64,000 nucleotides of DNA from an uncultured SAR116 cluster alpha proteobacterium (lineage in GTDB: Bacteria; Pseudomonadota; Alphaproteobacteria; Puniceispirillales; Marisalimonadaceae). Made by a program: the position numbers and the translations under genes. The stretch spans positions 8,015 through 72,014 of the forward strand of contig CACBMD010000003.1 in assembly GCA_902539895.1 (NCBI GenBank). The letters are read 5' to 3'. The notes under the pieces were generated by a model. The model ran no database searches and was not told the DNA's origin. It saw nothing but the letters and a program-made list of their open reading frames with translations. Below are positions 8,858 through 18,759 of this stretch, piece by piece (position 1 is the first letter of the stretch; every line of letters begins with the position of its first letter).

Positions 8858-9823
8858 TTAATTTAAAACTCTTTCCAACTTTTGAAGAGTTTTCAAATAT
8901 TTTGGCTTTGGCTCCTCTCCATATGTGTAAGGCCAATTTGTGTATGAAACTTCTCCGACATAAATACTACCCTCACTATCAAGAGATATACCATGTGGTG
9001 CTTGAAATTGACCTAACTCAAATCCAGCACCGTTTTCACCCCCTAAACGTGATATTAAATTTCCATTATTATCCAGAATACTTAACCTCGGGCCTAAATT
9101 TTTGTATTTTCTGTTGACCAAAAGTCCTGGTCCTAATTCTCCAACAATACAAATTGGGCATTTACCTCTAGGCATAAACAAGCCACATGGTCGATGAAGA
9201 TTATTCCACTGTGTCTCATATTTACCTTCTGTATTAAAAACTTGTACTCTGTGATTTTCTCTATCTGCTACATAAATCCAGCCATCATCATCTGCTACGA
9301 TATTGTGAACAAGATTAAATTGACCAGGCCCCGTTCCAGACTCACCAAATGTCATGATTAGTTTTCCATCAGGAGAATACTTATGGACACAAGCATTTCC
9401 ATAACCATCAGATACAAAAATGTTATTATCTGGACATAATGCAGTATGGGTGCATCTATGAAATGGCAAATTGGACATAAATTCTGTAGGTTTTCCAGGG
9501 ACGCCAATTTGAAAAATCAATTTTCCATCAGGAGATATTTTTTTAACAGTATGATCTCCATCGTCGGTGCAATATATATAATCATCTGGACCAATATGAA
9601 TTCCATGAGGCCTTGAAAAAAGATTTTCACCCCATGATCTCAGGTAATTGCCATCTATGTCAAAAATAATCATCGGATGTTTACCTCGGTTAAAGACAAA
9701 TATTTCGTCTTTACTGTTTACCGCAACTCCAGCAACATCCATAAAAGACCAGTTTTCTGGAAGCTTAGCCCAGTCTTCAATAACTCTATATTTGAATTCT
9801 CCTTGACCGAGTAATACTGACAA
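8858..9823 (-). CDS. NHL-repeat protein, peptidyl-alpha-hydroxyglycine alpha-amidating lyase-like
   Basis: SDGYGNACVHK, VADRENHRVQVF and repeated PHG motifs; TTG start with GGAGG RBS. Confidence 0.85.
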   Translation of the reverse strand: MSVLLGQGEFKYRVIEDWAKLPENWSFMDVAGVAVNSKDEIFVFNRGKHPMIIFDIDGNYLRSWGENLFSRPHGIHIGPDDYIYCTDDGDHTVKKISPDGKLIFQIGVPGKPTEFMSNLPFHRCTHTALCPDNNIFVSDGYGNACVHKYSPDGKLIMTFGESGTGPGQFNLVHNIVADDDGWIYVADRENHRVQVFNTEGKYETQWNNLHRPCGLFMPRGKCPICIVGELGPGLLVNRKYKNLGPRLSILDNNGNLISRLGGENGAGFELGQFQAPHGISLDSEGSIYVGEVSYTNWPYTYGEEPKPKYLKTLQKLERVLN

Positions 9824-9945
9824 ATAATACCTCCCCTTAAAATTATTATGTTTAAAACTGAATTTGTCTATAAATAAATATCAAGTATTGAAAAAAAATA
9901 TTAACCATAGAATAATAAATAAAATTTAATTAAATCAGTAAAATT

Positions 9946-10692
9946 ATGAAATCAATATTAATTACTGGTGCTGCGTCTGGAATTGGGGCTGCAACTGCAA
10001 AGAAATTAGCTTCAAAAGAAGTGTCTCTTACTTTAACAACCAAGTCTAACTTAGAGGGATTGAAATCTGTCACACAATTTGCAGAAAATAAAGGTGCAAA
10101 AGTTAGCTATGTTTGTGGTGATTTATCTGAAAAAAAATTTTTAAAAGAATTAGTGAATTTAGCAAGAAGTAACACTGGTAATATTGATCAATTTATATCT
10201 AATGCAGGATATGCTGAAAAAAAAGAATTTGGAGAGTTTAATAATGACGAACTTAATAGATCAGTGCAAACTATGGCAATCTCCTTTTCAGAAATTATAA
10301 AACTATGTATTGAAGATTTTAAAAAATCAAGTTGTGGCAGGATTGTTGTTATCAGTTCATTTGTAAATAAAAGTATTGGATTAAACAATAAGATCTTTCC
10401 AATTACAGCCGCTGCGAAAGGTGCTTTAGAGGCACTTACAAAAACTCTATCCTTTCAATTAGCAAGAGACAATGTAACTGTAAATGCAATTTCACCAGGT
10501 TATACAAAAAAAGACGGTAATCATTCTGCTCTATCACAAGATGAGTGGGATAAGATTATTAATAAAATCCCTTTATCTAGACTTGCAAGACCTGAAGATA
10601 TTGCTAATTTAGTAAATTTTTTACTGTCAAGTGAAGCATCTTATATAACTGGACAAGTAATAAAAGTTGATGGTGGTTTGTCACTATTATAA
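9946..10692 (+). CDS. Short-chain dehydrogenase/reductase, atypical active site
   Basis: TGAASGIG, NAG, ITGQVIKVDGG; TxxxK in place of YxxxK. Confidence 0.88.
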   Translation: MKSILITGAASGIGAATAKKLASKEVSLTLTTKSNLEGLKSVTQFAENKGAKVSYVCGDLSEKKFLKELVNLARSNTGNIDQFISNAGYAEKKEFGEFNNDELNRSVQTMAISFSEIIKLCIEDFKKSSCGRIVVISSFVNKSIGLNNKIFPITAAAKGALEALTKTLSFQLARDNVTVNAISPGYTKKDGNHSALSQDEWDKIINKIPLSRLARPEDIANLVNFLLSSEASYITGQVIKVDGGLSLL

Positions 10693-10694
10693 AA

Positions 10695-11936
10695 TTACAA
10701 CATAAATCTATTTGGTAAAAATGGATCAATATTAATAGAAGGTTTTTTATTTTCTATCATATCAGCTAAAACAACCCCAGAACCAGCTGAAGTGGATAAT
10801 CCAATGTGATTATGTCCAAAATTGAACCACAATTTTTTATGTTTAGGTGCTTTTCCTATCATAGGCATACTATCTGCAACGGTTGGCCTCGAACCAAGCC
10901 AAGGTACTTTTGTTAATTTATTTTTAAGGGGTAAAATTTTTTTTAATATTTGGACTACTTCATTAATTTGTTCTTCATTTAAATCTGCTTCTCTGAAATT
11001 TAATTCAACACCTGATGTAACTCTAATTTCATTTTTGTTACAGCTGTAAACAAAACCTCCATCAACGTCATGAATTGCTGGGCTTAAATCAACATCCTTC
11101 TTAGTACTAAAATGATGATGGTAACCCCTTTCCCATGCAAGTGGTATTTTATAACCTAAGTTATCTAGAAAATCCTTAGACCAAGGACCTGTACAAATTA
11201 CAACTTCATCAAAAATTTCTTTTTTTTTATTTAAAAAAACAGTCCAATGCCCATTAAGGAATTTTATATCCTTACAAATGTCTTTGTAAAAACTGCCTCC
11301 AGATTTTATAAAATGTTTAAAATAAGTTTTTGATAATTTTATTGGAGACTTAACTCTCAGTGAGTTCTTAAAAAGAACGCCTTTATAATATTCAATTTGC
11401 AAATCGGGAAATTTTTTCTTTATTTCTTCTGTATTTAAGAGAGTATATTCAGCCTTATTTTTGTCTAAAACATCTAATTCATAAGAATATTTTTCATAAC
11501 TTAACTGTGTTTTAAAAAGCTTCAGCCATCCTGGTTCTTCAATGTTGTTATTAGATTTAGTCTTTTTAATTAGTTTTTTATGGGTTTTTAAAGATAAAAC
11601 CTGCAATTCTCTTAATACTTTTGCAGCAAGTTCCATGTGTTTTTTTTTACTAAACATTAAAAAATTAATTACCCAAGACAATCTCGAAAACACAAATAAT
11701 TTTGAATATCTAAATGATGTTTTTCTCTTAAAAATTAAACTAAATAAAGATCTAAGTAATTGAGGATTATTAATTATCATTAAAGAAGAGTCTGTTAACA
11801 CACCTGCGTTTCCATATGAAGTTTGTGAACCAGGCTCATTTGGATCGATTAGGGTTACTGAAAACCCTCGGTTTATTAATTCAATACCCGTACAAATGCC
11901 AATTATACCTGATCCAATAATTACTACTTTTTTCAT
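10695..11936 (-). CDS. FAD-dependent D-amino acid dehydrogenase/oxidase family
   Basis: IIGSGIIG, TSYGNAG, WLGSRP, FGHNHIGL; start moved to 11936 (ATGA overlap with the upstream gene). Confidence 0.9.
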   Translation of the reverse strand: MKKVVIIGSGIIGICTGIELINRGFSVTLIDPNEPGSQTSYGNAGVLTDSSLMIINNPQLLRSLFSLIFKRKTSFRYSKLFVFSRLSWVINFLMFSKKKHMELAAKVLRELQVLSLKTHKKLIKKTKSNNNIEEPGWLKLFKTQLSYEKYSYELDVLDKNKAEYTLLNTEEIKKKFPDLQIEYYKGVLFKNSLRVKSPIKLSKTYFKHFIKSGGSFYKDICKDIKFLNGHWTVFLNKKKEIFDEVVICTGPWSKDFLDNLGYKIPLAWERGYHHHFSTKKDVDLSPAIHDVDGGFVYSCNKNEIRVTSGVELNFREADLNEEQINEVVQILKKILPLKNKLTKVPWLGSRPTVADSMPMIGKAPKHKKLWFNFGHNHIGLSTSAGSGVVLADMIENKKPSINIDPFLPNRFML

Positions 11937-12634
11937 TTGTTCAACAAATCTTGCTGGGTTAAAATATTCTGACAAATATAATAATTTATAATTAAGTCAT
12001 TACTTTCTTTAAGAGAATATTTGTTTTTAAAACTTTTTATAGCATTTTCTAATGAAAGGTAATTCAAGCCTTCAATAATGACTGCTTGAGAAACTATTTG
12101 ATCATTTAATCCTTGTGATGATCTATATTTTTTTTCTTCAGTATTCATCTGCCCATAACTACTATCGCCTAGAATAATATGCATTCCTGTTATACCATTT
12201 AATTTAAGTATTTTAGGGACAAAGAATTTTAAATTTTCTACATTATGATTATTTGGAATATTTTCACCTAAAAATCTTATGGTTGAGAGATAACCGCCTA
12301 CTCCAATTGATTTACTGGATATAACACTACAAATCGTTCTAGATGGAGACAAGTAATTTGATAAGATTTCTTTTGTCCATTCAGTTGGGTTATTTAACCT
12401 TTCTAGATATTTTCTTGATGTAAAAACTTCTTTTCGTTCAGCCTCATACATCATAAAATATTTGTGATTTAAATTTGTGCCAGAAATTCCAATAGCTCTC
12501 AAACCTCTTAGAAATCCAGGTAAAGATATCCTCTCTGGCATATGTTCTTTAGAATGCCACTCATTATATTCGATTTCTTTTTCTTCAACAATTCCACCCC
12601 AATTTACCAGAACGGCACTACCTAAAAGACCCAT
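11933..12634 (-). CDS. DUF4286/EthD-like hypothetical protein
   Basis: YNEWHSKEHMPERISLPGF motif; probable start MGLLG at 12634. Confidence 0.65.
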   Translation of the reverse strand: MGLLGSAVLVNWGGIVEEKEIEYNEWHSKEHMPERISLPGFLRGLRAIGISGTNLNHKYFMMYEAERKEVFTSRKYLERLNNPTEWTKEILSNYLSPSRTICSVISSKSIGVGGYLSTIRFLGENIPNNHNVENLKFFVPKILKLNGITGMHIILGDSSYGQMNTEEKKYRSSQGLNDQIVSQAVIIEGLNYLSLENAIKSFKNKYSLKESNDLIINYYICQNILTQQDLLNK

Positions 12635-12809
12635 GAAATTTATTACCAATATTTATTTGCTATCACAGTAAATAATTAACTTTATTTAATATCAACAATT
12701 ATTTGATTTAAATATATTTATATCCAAAAAATTAACATGTTTACTCTAATTTATTTTTATTTAAGATATATTAATTAGATAAACAGTGCTATTTATGTGG
12801 AATAATTAA

Positions 12810-13154
12810 ATGAGAATAATTGGAGTAATAATCATTATTGGAATGGTTTTTGGGGCTGTATCAACAATAGATTATAAAAAGTTTATCGATCTACCTTCAT
12901 TTTTACTTGTTGTAGGAGGATCACTAGGTTATGTTTTGGCAAAGGGAAAATCCAGCAATTTTATAAAAAATTTTGGAGATGGTTCAGTTTATATGGGTTG
13001 GATTGGCTTAATGATTGGGATTGTAACGATTGGCAATTTTCACGCAAACACAGAAAATATGTGGCCAGCTTTTTCAGTTGCATTTCTTCCTATATTATAT
13101 GGTTATTTTATAAAATTAATCACAACAGGTCTTGAAAAAATCAACAGTGAATAA
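12810..13154 (+). CDS. Compact MotA/PomA-like four-TM membrane protein
   Basis: FIDLPSFLLVVGG, MGWIGLMIGIV and AFSVAFLPILYG resemble MotA TM2-4; no cytoplasmic domain. Confidence 0.6.
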   Translation: MRIIGVIIIIGMVFGAVSTIDYKKFIDLPSFLLVVGGSLGYVLAKGKSSNFIKNFGDGSVYMGWIGLMIGIVTIGNFHANTENMWPAFSVAFLPILYGYFIKLITTGLEKINSE

Positions 13155-13218
13155 TTAAGTTAACTTAACTTTTTCATTGTTTTAAATTTCTATAACTATT
13201 TTTAATATTAAAAGAAAA

Positions 13219-14067
13219 TCAAAAGGGTATGTCACCTTTAATAGTTACTCGCCTACCTTTTCTTTCATGAGGGAAATAATCCCATAATGCTTTATGTATC
13301 GTACATCTATTATCCCAGAAAGCCATATCATTTTTATTCCACCTATAGCGGATCTGAAATTCTGTTTTCTCAATATGACTGAATAAGAAGTCTAATATAA
13401 ATTTGCTCTCTTGAGGCTCAAGACCTAGAATTCGTGTAGTAAAAAATTTATTAACAAATATAGCTTTTTTACCTGTTTCAGGGTGTGTCCTTATAACAGG
13501 ATGAATTGCTGAAGGATATTGTGTTTTACTTTGACCATTACTTTCAGTTTTATACCTACCACTATAAAAATGTTCTGATTCATGGGAAGCTTTAAGATCA
13601 CTTAAAAACTTTTGCATTGGATTACTTAGAGCTTCATAGGCCATATACATATTTGCAAACATAGTATCTCCACCACATTCAGGAAGAATATGAAGTTGGA
13701 GCATCGTTCCCAAAGGTGGTTCTATGTCACAAGAAACATCGGAATGGAAGTCTTCTGCTCCGTTAGCTATCTTACTATTTTTATCAGTATTTATTTCAAA
13801 AATTTGAGGATAATTTTTCATTTTAGGGGCTGCAGGATGGATATGTAAATCTCCAAAGCATCTACCCAACTTTATATGATTTTCTGGTGAAATTTCAGAT
13901 TGATTTTGAAAAAATAAAACTTGAAACTTGTGAAAAGCATCTCTTATGCCTTGAAGCTCTGCATCATTTATATCATTAGATAAATCTATATTAGTTATAA
14001 CTGCTCCTAAATTTGGTGCAAAAGGTTTAATATTTAAACTATTATTCATTACATCTAATTTGTTCAT
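13219..14067 (-). CDS. TauD/TfdA family Fe(II)/2OG dioxygenase
   Basis: FHSDVS, GGDT, HPVIRTHPETG, WDNRCTIH. Confidence 0.93.
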   Translation of the reverse strand: MNKLDVMNNSLNIKPFAPNLGAVITNIDLSNDINDAELQGIRDAFHKFQVLFFQNQSEISPENHIKLGRCFGDLHIHPAAPKMKNYPQIFEINTDKNSKIANGAEDFHSDVSCDIEPPLGTMLQLHILPECGGDTMFANMYMAYEALSNPMQKFLSDLKASHESEHFYSGRYKTESNGQSKTQYPSAIHPVIRTHPETGKKAIFVNKFFTTRILGLEPQESKFILDFLFSHIEKTEFQIRYRWNKNDMAFWDNRCTIHKALWDYFPHERKGRRVTIKGDIPF

Positions 14068-14089
14068 ATATTACCTCCCCCTCTATAAT

Positions 14090-15418
14090 TTAAATTTTAT
14101 TTTCAATTAATTTAACATTTTTAATGCTGTTAATTGTATAACCATAACCAAGAGCTTTTATTCTCTTAATGGTTGTCTCTAACAATGACTTTTCTCTATC
14201 AACACGCTTTAACCAATCTATAATCTTAATATCAAACTCCTTACTATAAACAATCAATAGCATTATAGGCTCATGACTATTTTTGATATCAATTAAGAAA
14301 GCTTCGTTACTTTTAATCATGCCATTTACTATATCTGATTTCTTATTAGTATTTTGAATTCCTTTGTCCTCTAAATTAACATTAGAAAATTTTAATGCCC
14401 ACAAAAAAACTGTATCTACTCCAATGTTTAAGACCTCTAAGTTTAAATTACATTCATGATCTATAGACTTACTACCTGGTATACATTTTAATTTATTAGA
14501 TTCTAAATCATTATATGGAATAAAATTAATCCTCATTTGCTTATTGATTTCATTTGCCTGCAAGGTCTGTATGTAATCATAAAAATAAGCAACTACTCGT
14601 TCAGTAAAATTACCATATCTATACGTTTTTAAAGTCGTAAGTAATAAACTATAATTTTTATTGTCGTTTAAATTTAGTAAAGGCGAAGTTTTTTGCCAAA
14701 CATTATTGAACATAAGAGCAAATAAAATTGTTACAAAGATGATAGAAAGTAAACTAAGTGTTTTTTTTGATTTTTTAAAAAAAGATGGCCGCTTAGTTGG
14801 TTTTTTTAGTATGTTTTTTAAATTTAAATGATCAAATAGGCCATATAAATCATTAAAAAATAAAACTTTAATTAATTTAGTTTTTATAGCTTCTTTTAAG
14901 AATTCATTGTTTGGCAAAAGACTGTTAAAATCATCTTTATTTTGTATGCTTAATACGATGTGAACTTGAACTTCGTTTTTTATACAATTTTTTAAAAAAT
15001 TCATTGAGTTATAAATTTTTTGATCAAGGTAATTAATTTTTTTAATCTCTAAATTTGAATTGATAGTGCCACTTGCCCAAATAATTTCTTCTGTTTTCTT
15101 TGTTAAAAGCTGATTTTCATTTGAGAAATTTAAAATGTTATTTTTTAAAAAAATATGTGCTATGGCAATTGCCAATTGCCAGCTTTTTCCATTATGAATT
15201 GGTTTTGTAATGTCTATCCTAAATGAAGGGTGCCCTACTAATTTTTCTATTATTCCAGTAGGGCTTTTAACAAAAGAATTGTAAAAAGGACTTATGGGCA
15301 AAGCTTCTAAATTATTATTTTCACATATAACTGAAGAAACTAAAGGGTCTTCTTTAACTATATCATTAATACCTACTACATTATTAGTAGTAGGTATAAT
15401 AACTGTATATTTTTTCAC
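14090..15418 (-). CDS. Bitopic membrane protein with N-terminal Lon-like (S16) protease domain
   Basis: NGKSWQLAIAIA (S79), ASGTI...LDQK (K134), IVLSIQNKDD; TM at ~221-237; uncharacterised C-terminal domain. Confidence 0.6.
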   Translation of the reverse strand: MKKYTVIIPTTNNVVGINDIVKEDPLVSSVICENNNLEALPISPFYNSFVKSPTGIIEKLVGHPSFRIDITKPIHNGKSWQLAIAIAHIFLKNNILNFSNENQLLTKKTEEIIWASGTINSNLEIKKINYLDQKIYNSMNFLKNCIKNEVQVHIVLSIQNKDDFNSLLPNNEFLKEAIKTKLIKVLFFNDLYGLFDHLNLKNILKKPTKRPSFFKKSKKTLSLLSIIFVTILFALMFNNVWQKTSPLLNLNDNKNYSLLLTTLKTYRYGNFTERVVAYFYDYIQTLQANEINKQMRINFIPYNDLESNKLKCIPGSKSIDHECNLNLEVLNIGVDTVFLWALKFSNVNLEDKGIQNTNKKSDIVNGMIKSNEAFLIDIKNSHEPIMLLIVYSKEFDIKIIDWLKRVDREKSLLETTIKRIKALGYGYTINSIKNVKLIENKI

Positions 15419-15930
15419 CTTATAAAAATCTCTGCATTGGGATTTGTAATAAGGTTAAAAAAGTTATCAGATTTTTTTATCAAAATTTGCGCCTGTTTGT
15501 CATTTAAAATAGGGAGCTTTATGCATTCACTTTCATTGTCGCAGATAACATATAAATTTGAAAGTTGTAATTCTATATCATTAATAATTTTAAAAATTAA
15601 ATAATGTTCATCCTCATTTTTATTAGATTTAACTATCTCAATTTTAAATTCATTTGATGATCTAGAAAAGACCCTATCATTAGATGCAGCATTTAATTTT
15701 GTTTGATAAATACAACCTTCATTTTTGAGTATTAAAAAATAAGCATCAGAAAAACCTTTGTTTTTCAAAAATTCATTAATTTGATTCTGGTATTTAAGTG
15801 GGTTTAAGTAAACATCCCAAACCATATTTATATTTAATTTTGGTTTCAGATCTGATTTAGAGTAATTTTTAGATAAATTTAAATAATTTAATGCCAAAAA
15901 AGTGTCTGAGATTTTGTCTTTATTATCCAC
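15415..15930 (-). CDS. Hypothetical cytoplasmic protein (candidate protease substrate or anti-sigma-like)
   Basis: Probable GTG start at 15930 with AAGGAG RBS; coupled to both neighbours; helical-looking N-half, LNAAS linker, beta-rich C-half. Confidence 0.6.
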   Translation of the reverse strand: MDNKDKISDTFLALNYLNLSKNYSKSDLKPKLNINMVWDVYLNPLKYQNQINEFLKNKGFSDAYFLILKNEGCIYQTKLNAASNDRVFSRSSNEFKIEIVKSNKNEDEHYLIFKIINDIELQLSNLYVICDNESECIKLPILNDKQAQILIKKSDNFFNLITNPNAEIFIR

Positions 15931-17650
15931 CTTTAACTCCTTCTTTAGAATATAATAATTTAAAATGTTCAAAGAATATTACCTTATCTTCATTAAATTT
16001 AGATTTAAGATCATTTACATTTAAATTCAAAGCATCAATGAACTTGCACAAAAATTCTTTGATAATTGAAAGAATATTATAAATTTCAGTTATAGCATTA
16101 ATATTTTTTTTATTATTTACATTAAAATCAAAACCACTTCTTCTAAAAGACATAGTATTTTTTTTAGTCTTACTTAAGAAATTGAAAAAACTATTAAAGT
16201 CAGACTGAAATTTACTTGAGTTAATAAAAATTTTAAATTCTTTATATAAATTAGCTATTTTCTCCTCTCTATATTCATCTGGAGTGAAATTCTCATTTTT
16301 CTTAATGAGTTCTTTTGAAAGCGAAAGGTCATCTAAATTAGGATCAAAATCAAGAATTTCTTTTTTCTGATTTATAAAGTTTTCAAATAAAATAAGTTCA
16401 TCCTTATTTAAATAATTTCTAATTATATGTAAAATTTTTGGAGCCTCAAAGGACCAAAGTTTATAAAATAAAATTTCGCAAATAAAAGAATTATTATTTA
16501 TAATATTTTGTATTATTTGGGTTTGGTCATAATACATTGAAATATCAGAATATGACTGAAAAAAATCATTCAAATCTAATTTTTTTCTTCTTCGGTTTTC
16601 TATTATCTTGTTTTGAATATTTCCAAATACACAAATCCTTAAAATGGTTAAAGGGAGTTTCATAGATAAATCATTATATTTGGAAAAAACTTCTATCTCA
16701 CCGAGCTCTTTTTTCTTTAGAATATTTATTTTATCAGACTGCAAAATAGAGAGTTTTTTAAAATATTTTGATAACACATGCTCATCATTTGAAGTGATTT
16801 GTTCAAGAAAATCATTTAATGTATCCTCTGATATTGTATTTGAAGAGTTTTCTTCATTCATCTGGTATCTTGAAGAGAGGTTATATTTTTCATTAAGCTC
16901 TATTGATTTTTTGTAGCTGAGACATAACTCAGAGGCTAAAGTAAACGTTTTGATTAATAAATCTTTGTCTTCTAAACTAAAAGCAACCCAAAAATCAAAA
17001 ATGAAATCATCTGATATATCCTCGGATACAATAATATGATTTTCATCTCTGTTTTTTTTTATAATAAAATTTCCGATTGCTGCTGAAAAACTTTGTAAAT
17101 GAGATGTTGGTAGTAAGTTTTTTAAATAAAAATAAACTTTTTTAGAAACATTGTTTGAAATTTCTTGTAAGTCTTTTTGTGTGCAAGAATTATTGACAGA
17201 TTGATCTAATAATAAAATCTCTTCAAGACCTAAAATTTCTTCTAAAAATTCTATAATTATAATTAAATTTGATATTCTAGAGTAAGAAATATCAAAATTA
17301 TAACTATTAAGTTTTAGCGTAAATTTATTTGATATTTCTTGGCTGTTTATAAAATTTATTTTTTTTATCTTTTTTAAAAGATCATTACTTTCCATAACCA
17401 TAATTTTGTAAAAAGGTAAATTATTTTGACTTAAATATTTTAAAAAATTACATAATTCATAAATTACTGACCCATAATTATGGGTTATAAAAAGTGCAAA
17501 TACTTTGTTAACTTCTTTTAAATTTGGATACTTTAAAGATCCAGTTAAAGTAGTTTTATTTTTTATGTTTTCAAAATGATTTAAAATAACCTCATCTGGT
17601 TTTTGAAGGGTAAATTCTTTCCAGTCATCAAAAAAAAGTTTATCACGCAT
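15923..17650 (-). CDS. Large hypothetical helical cytoplasmic protein
   Basis: 575 aa ORF; no signal peptide, TM or recognisable family. Confidence 0.7.
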   Translation of the reverse strand: MRDKLFFDDWKEFTLQKPDEVILNHFENIKNKTTLTGSLKYPNLKEVNKVFALFITHNYGSVIYELCNFLKYLSQNNLPFYKIMVMESNDLLKKIKKINFINSQEISNKFTLKLNSYNFDISYSRISNLIIIIEFLEEILGLEEILLLDQSVNNSCTQKDLQEISNNVSKKVYFYLKNLLPTSHLQSFSAAIGNFIIKKNRDENHIIVSEDISDDFIFDFWVAFSLEDKDLLIKTFTLASELCLSYKKSIELNEKYNLSSRYQMNEENSSNTISEDTLNDFLEQITSNDEHVLSKYFKKLSILQSDKINILKKKELGEIEVFSKYNDLSMKLPLTILRICVFGNIQNKIIENRRRKKLDLNDFFQSYSDISMYYDQTQIIQNIINNNSFICEILFYKLWSFEAPKILHIIRNYLNKDELILFENFINQKKEILDFDPNLDDLSLSKELIKKNENFTPDEYREEKIANLYKEFKIFINSSKFQSDFNSFFNFLSKTKKNTMSFRRSGFDFNVNNKKNINAITEIYNILSIIKEFLCKFIDALNLNVNDLKSKFNEDKVIFFEHFKLLYSKEGVKGG

Positions 17651-17687
17651 TTAAAAACCTGACTAAAATTAACAGCAAATTCATATA

Positions 17688-18299
17688 TTAATATATATTA
17701 TTAAGTTTGTAATTGTTATATATCTCTAACCAATCGTCAATTTTTGAAACTAACAAATCAATTTCTGACTTTTCTTTAGCTTGAATTAAGTTGAATTTGG
17801 CTTGAATTAAATCTTTTTTCTTTCTTAAAGAAGGCGCCTTATTAGCTAATTCATTAGATTTTTTTAATACTTTAACAACATAAGGATAAGTTGCAGGAAT
17901 AATTTTTACGTTAGGCCACTTTCCAACTGCTGAGCCACCATTGTAATGAGATAAAGCCACTCCAATATTCCCCTTATACTTTTTAATTAATTGGTCTAAA
18001 AATTTGATACCTACTTTTATATTAATAATTGGGTTAAATAAATCCTTTCTTTTCACACCAAATTCTAATAACCCTGTACGTGGCATTATTTGCATAACAC
18101 CTATAGCACCTTTTTTACTAACTGCATCTGGCCTTAGATTAGATTCAACTTTGGCTACAGCAATTGCCAAAGCAGGAGTTACATATTCTGAAACCCTTGC
18201 ATTTTCAATCAGCAACATTTTTATATATGGACGATTATAATTTTTGGCATTCGCTAAAGAAGTTAATAAAATTAGACTTATTGTTAATACAAATTTCAT
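17688..18299 (-). CDS. Lytic transglycosylase (SLT domain)
   Basis: Signal peptide; VES...AVS.KGA.G.MQIMP and ALSHYNGG motifs. Confidence 0.92.
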   Translation of the reverse strand: MKFVLTISLILLTSLANAKNYNRPYIKMLLIENARVSEYVTPALAIAVAKVESNLRPDAVSKKGAIGVMQIMPRTGLLEFGVKRKDLFNPIINIKVGIKFLDQLIKKYKGNIGVALSHYNGGSAVGKWPNVKIIPATYPYVVKVLKKSNELANKAPSLRKKKDLIQAKFNLIQAKEKSEIDLLVSKIDDWLEIYNNYKLNNIY

Positions 18300-18724
18300 G
18301 ATAATTTATCCTCTTTGATTGATATATTCTCTAAAGCATCATTCCATTGTTGGTTTTGCTCAGCAACTTGCAGGTCAAGACCTTGAAAAATTTTTTTAAT
18401 TTCAAATAATTCTTTGACTGACATTTCTTTTGGTACAGCTAATGTGTATCTGTCGGTTTGTTTACCCTGATTTTCTAATCTCCAAATTTTTAGATTTTGG
18501 TCATAAAAATTTTTATTGTGATAAAAAACTAATATTCTTTTTTTATCTTTAATAATTGAAGATTTTGAATTTATTGAAATTTTATCACTTTCAATTGATT
18601 TAAATTGTTTTTGAGAAAGTGCAAAAATTGTTAAGACCATTAAAGCAAAAAATGCCATTGATAATGCTAAAGCAACTTCAGTTAGAGGGTTATGTGAGTA
18701 ATCCGAGTTCATTTTTTTCTCCAT
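18296..18724 (-). CDS. Divergent ExbD/TolR/MotB-like single-TM protein
   Basis: NPLTEVALALSMAFFALMVL: N-terminal TM with an acidic residue (E16), then a small soluble domain. Confidence 0.55.
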   Translation of the reverse strand: MEKKMNSDYSHNPLTEVALALSMAFFALMVLTIFALSQKQFKSIESDKISINSKSSIIKDKKRILVFYHNKNFYDQNLKIWRLENQGKQTDRYTLAVPKEMSVKELFEIKKIFQGLDLQVAEQNQQWNDALENISIKEDKLS

Positions 18725-18731
18725 ATTTAAG

Positions 18732-18756
18732 TTATGGGAAAATTAGAAACTTTTTT
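18732..18756 (-). promoter_or_regulatory. Shared promoter-like motif AAAAA-N13-CCATAA, copy 1
   Basis: CCATAA ends 7 nt before the ATG at 18724. Confidence 0.45.
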
Positions 18757-18759
18757 GAT

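Noticed and set aside
15923-17650. Firm call as a sigma factor
   Set aside because: No sigma region 2 or 4 motif visible by eye; kept only as a hypothesis in the findings.
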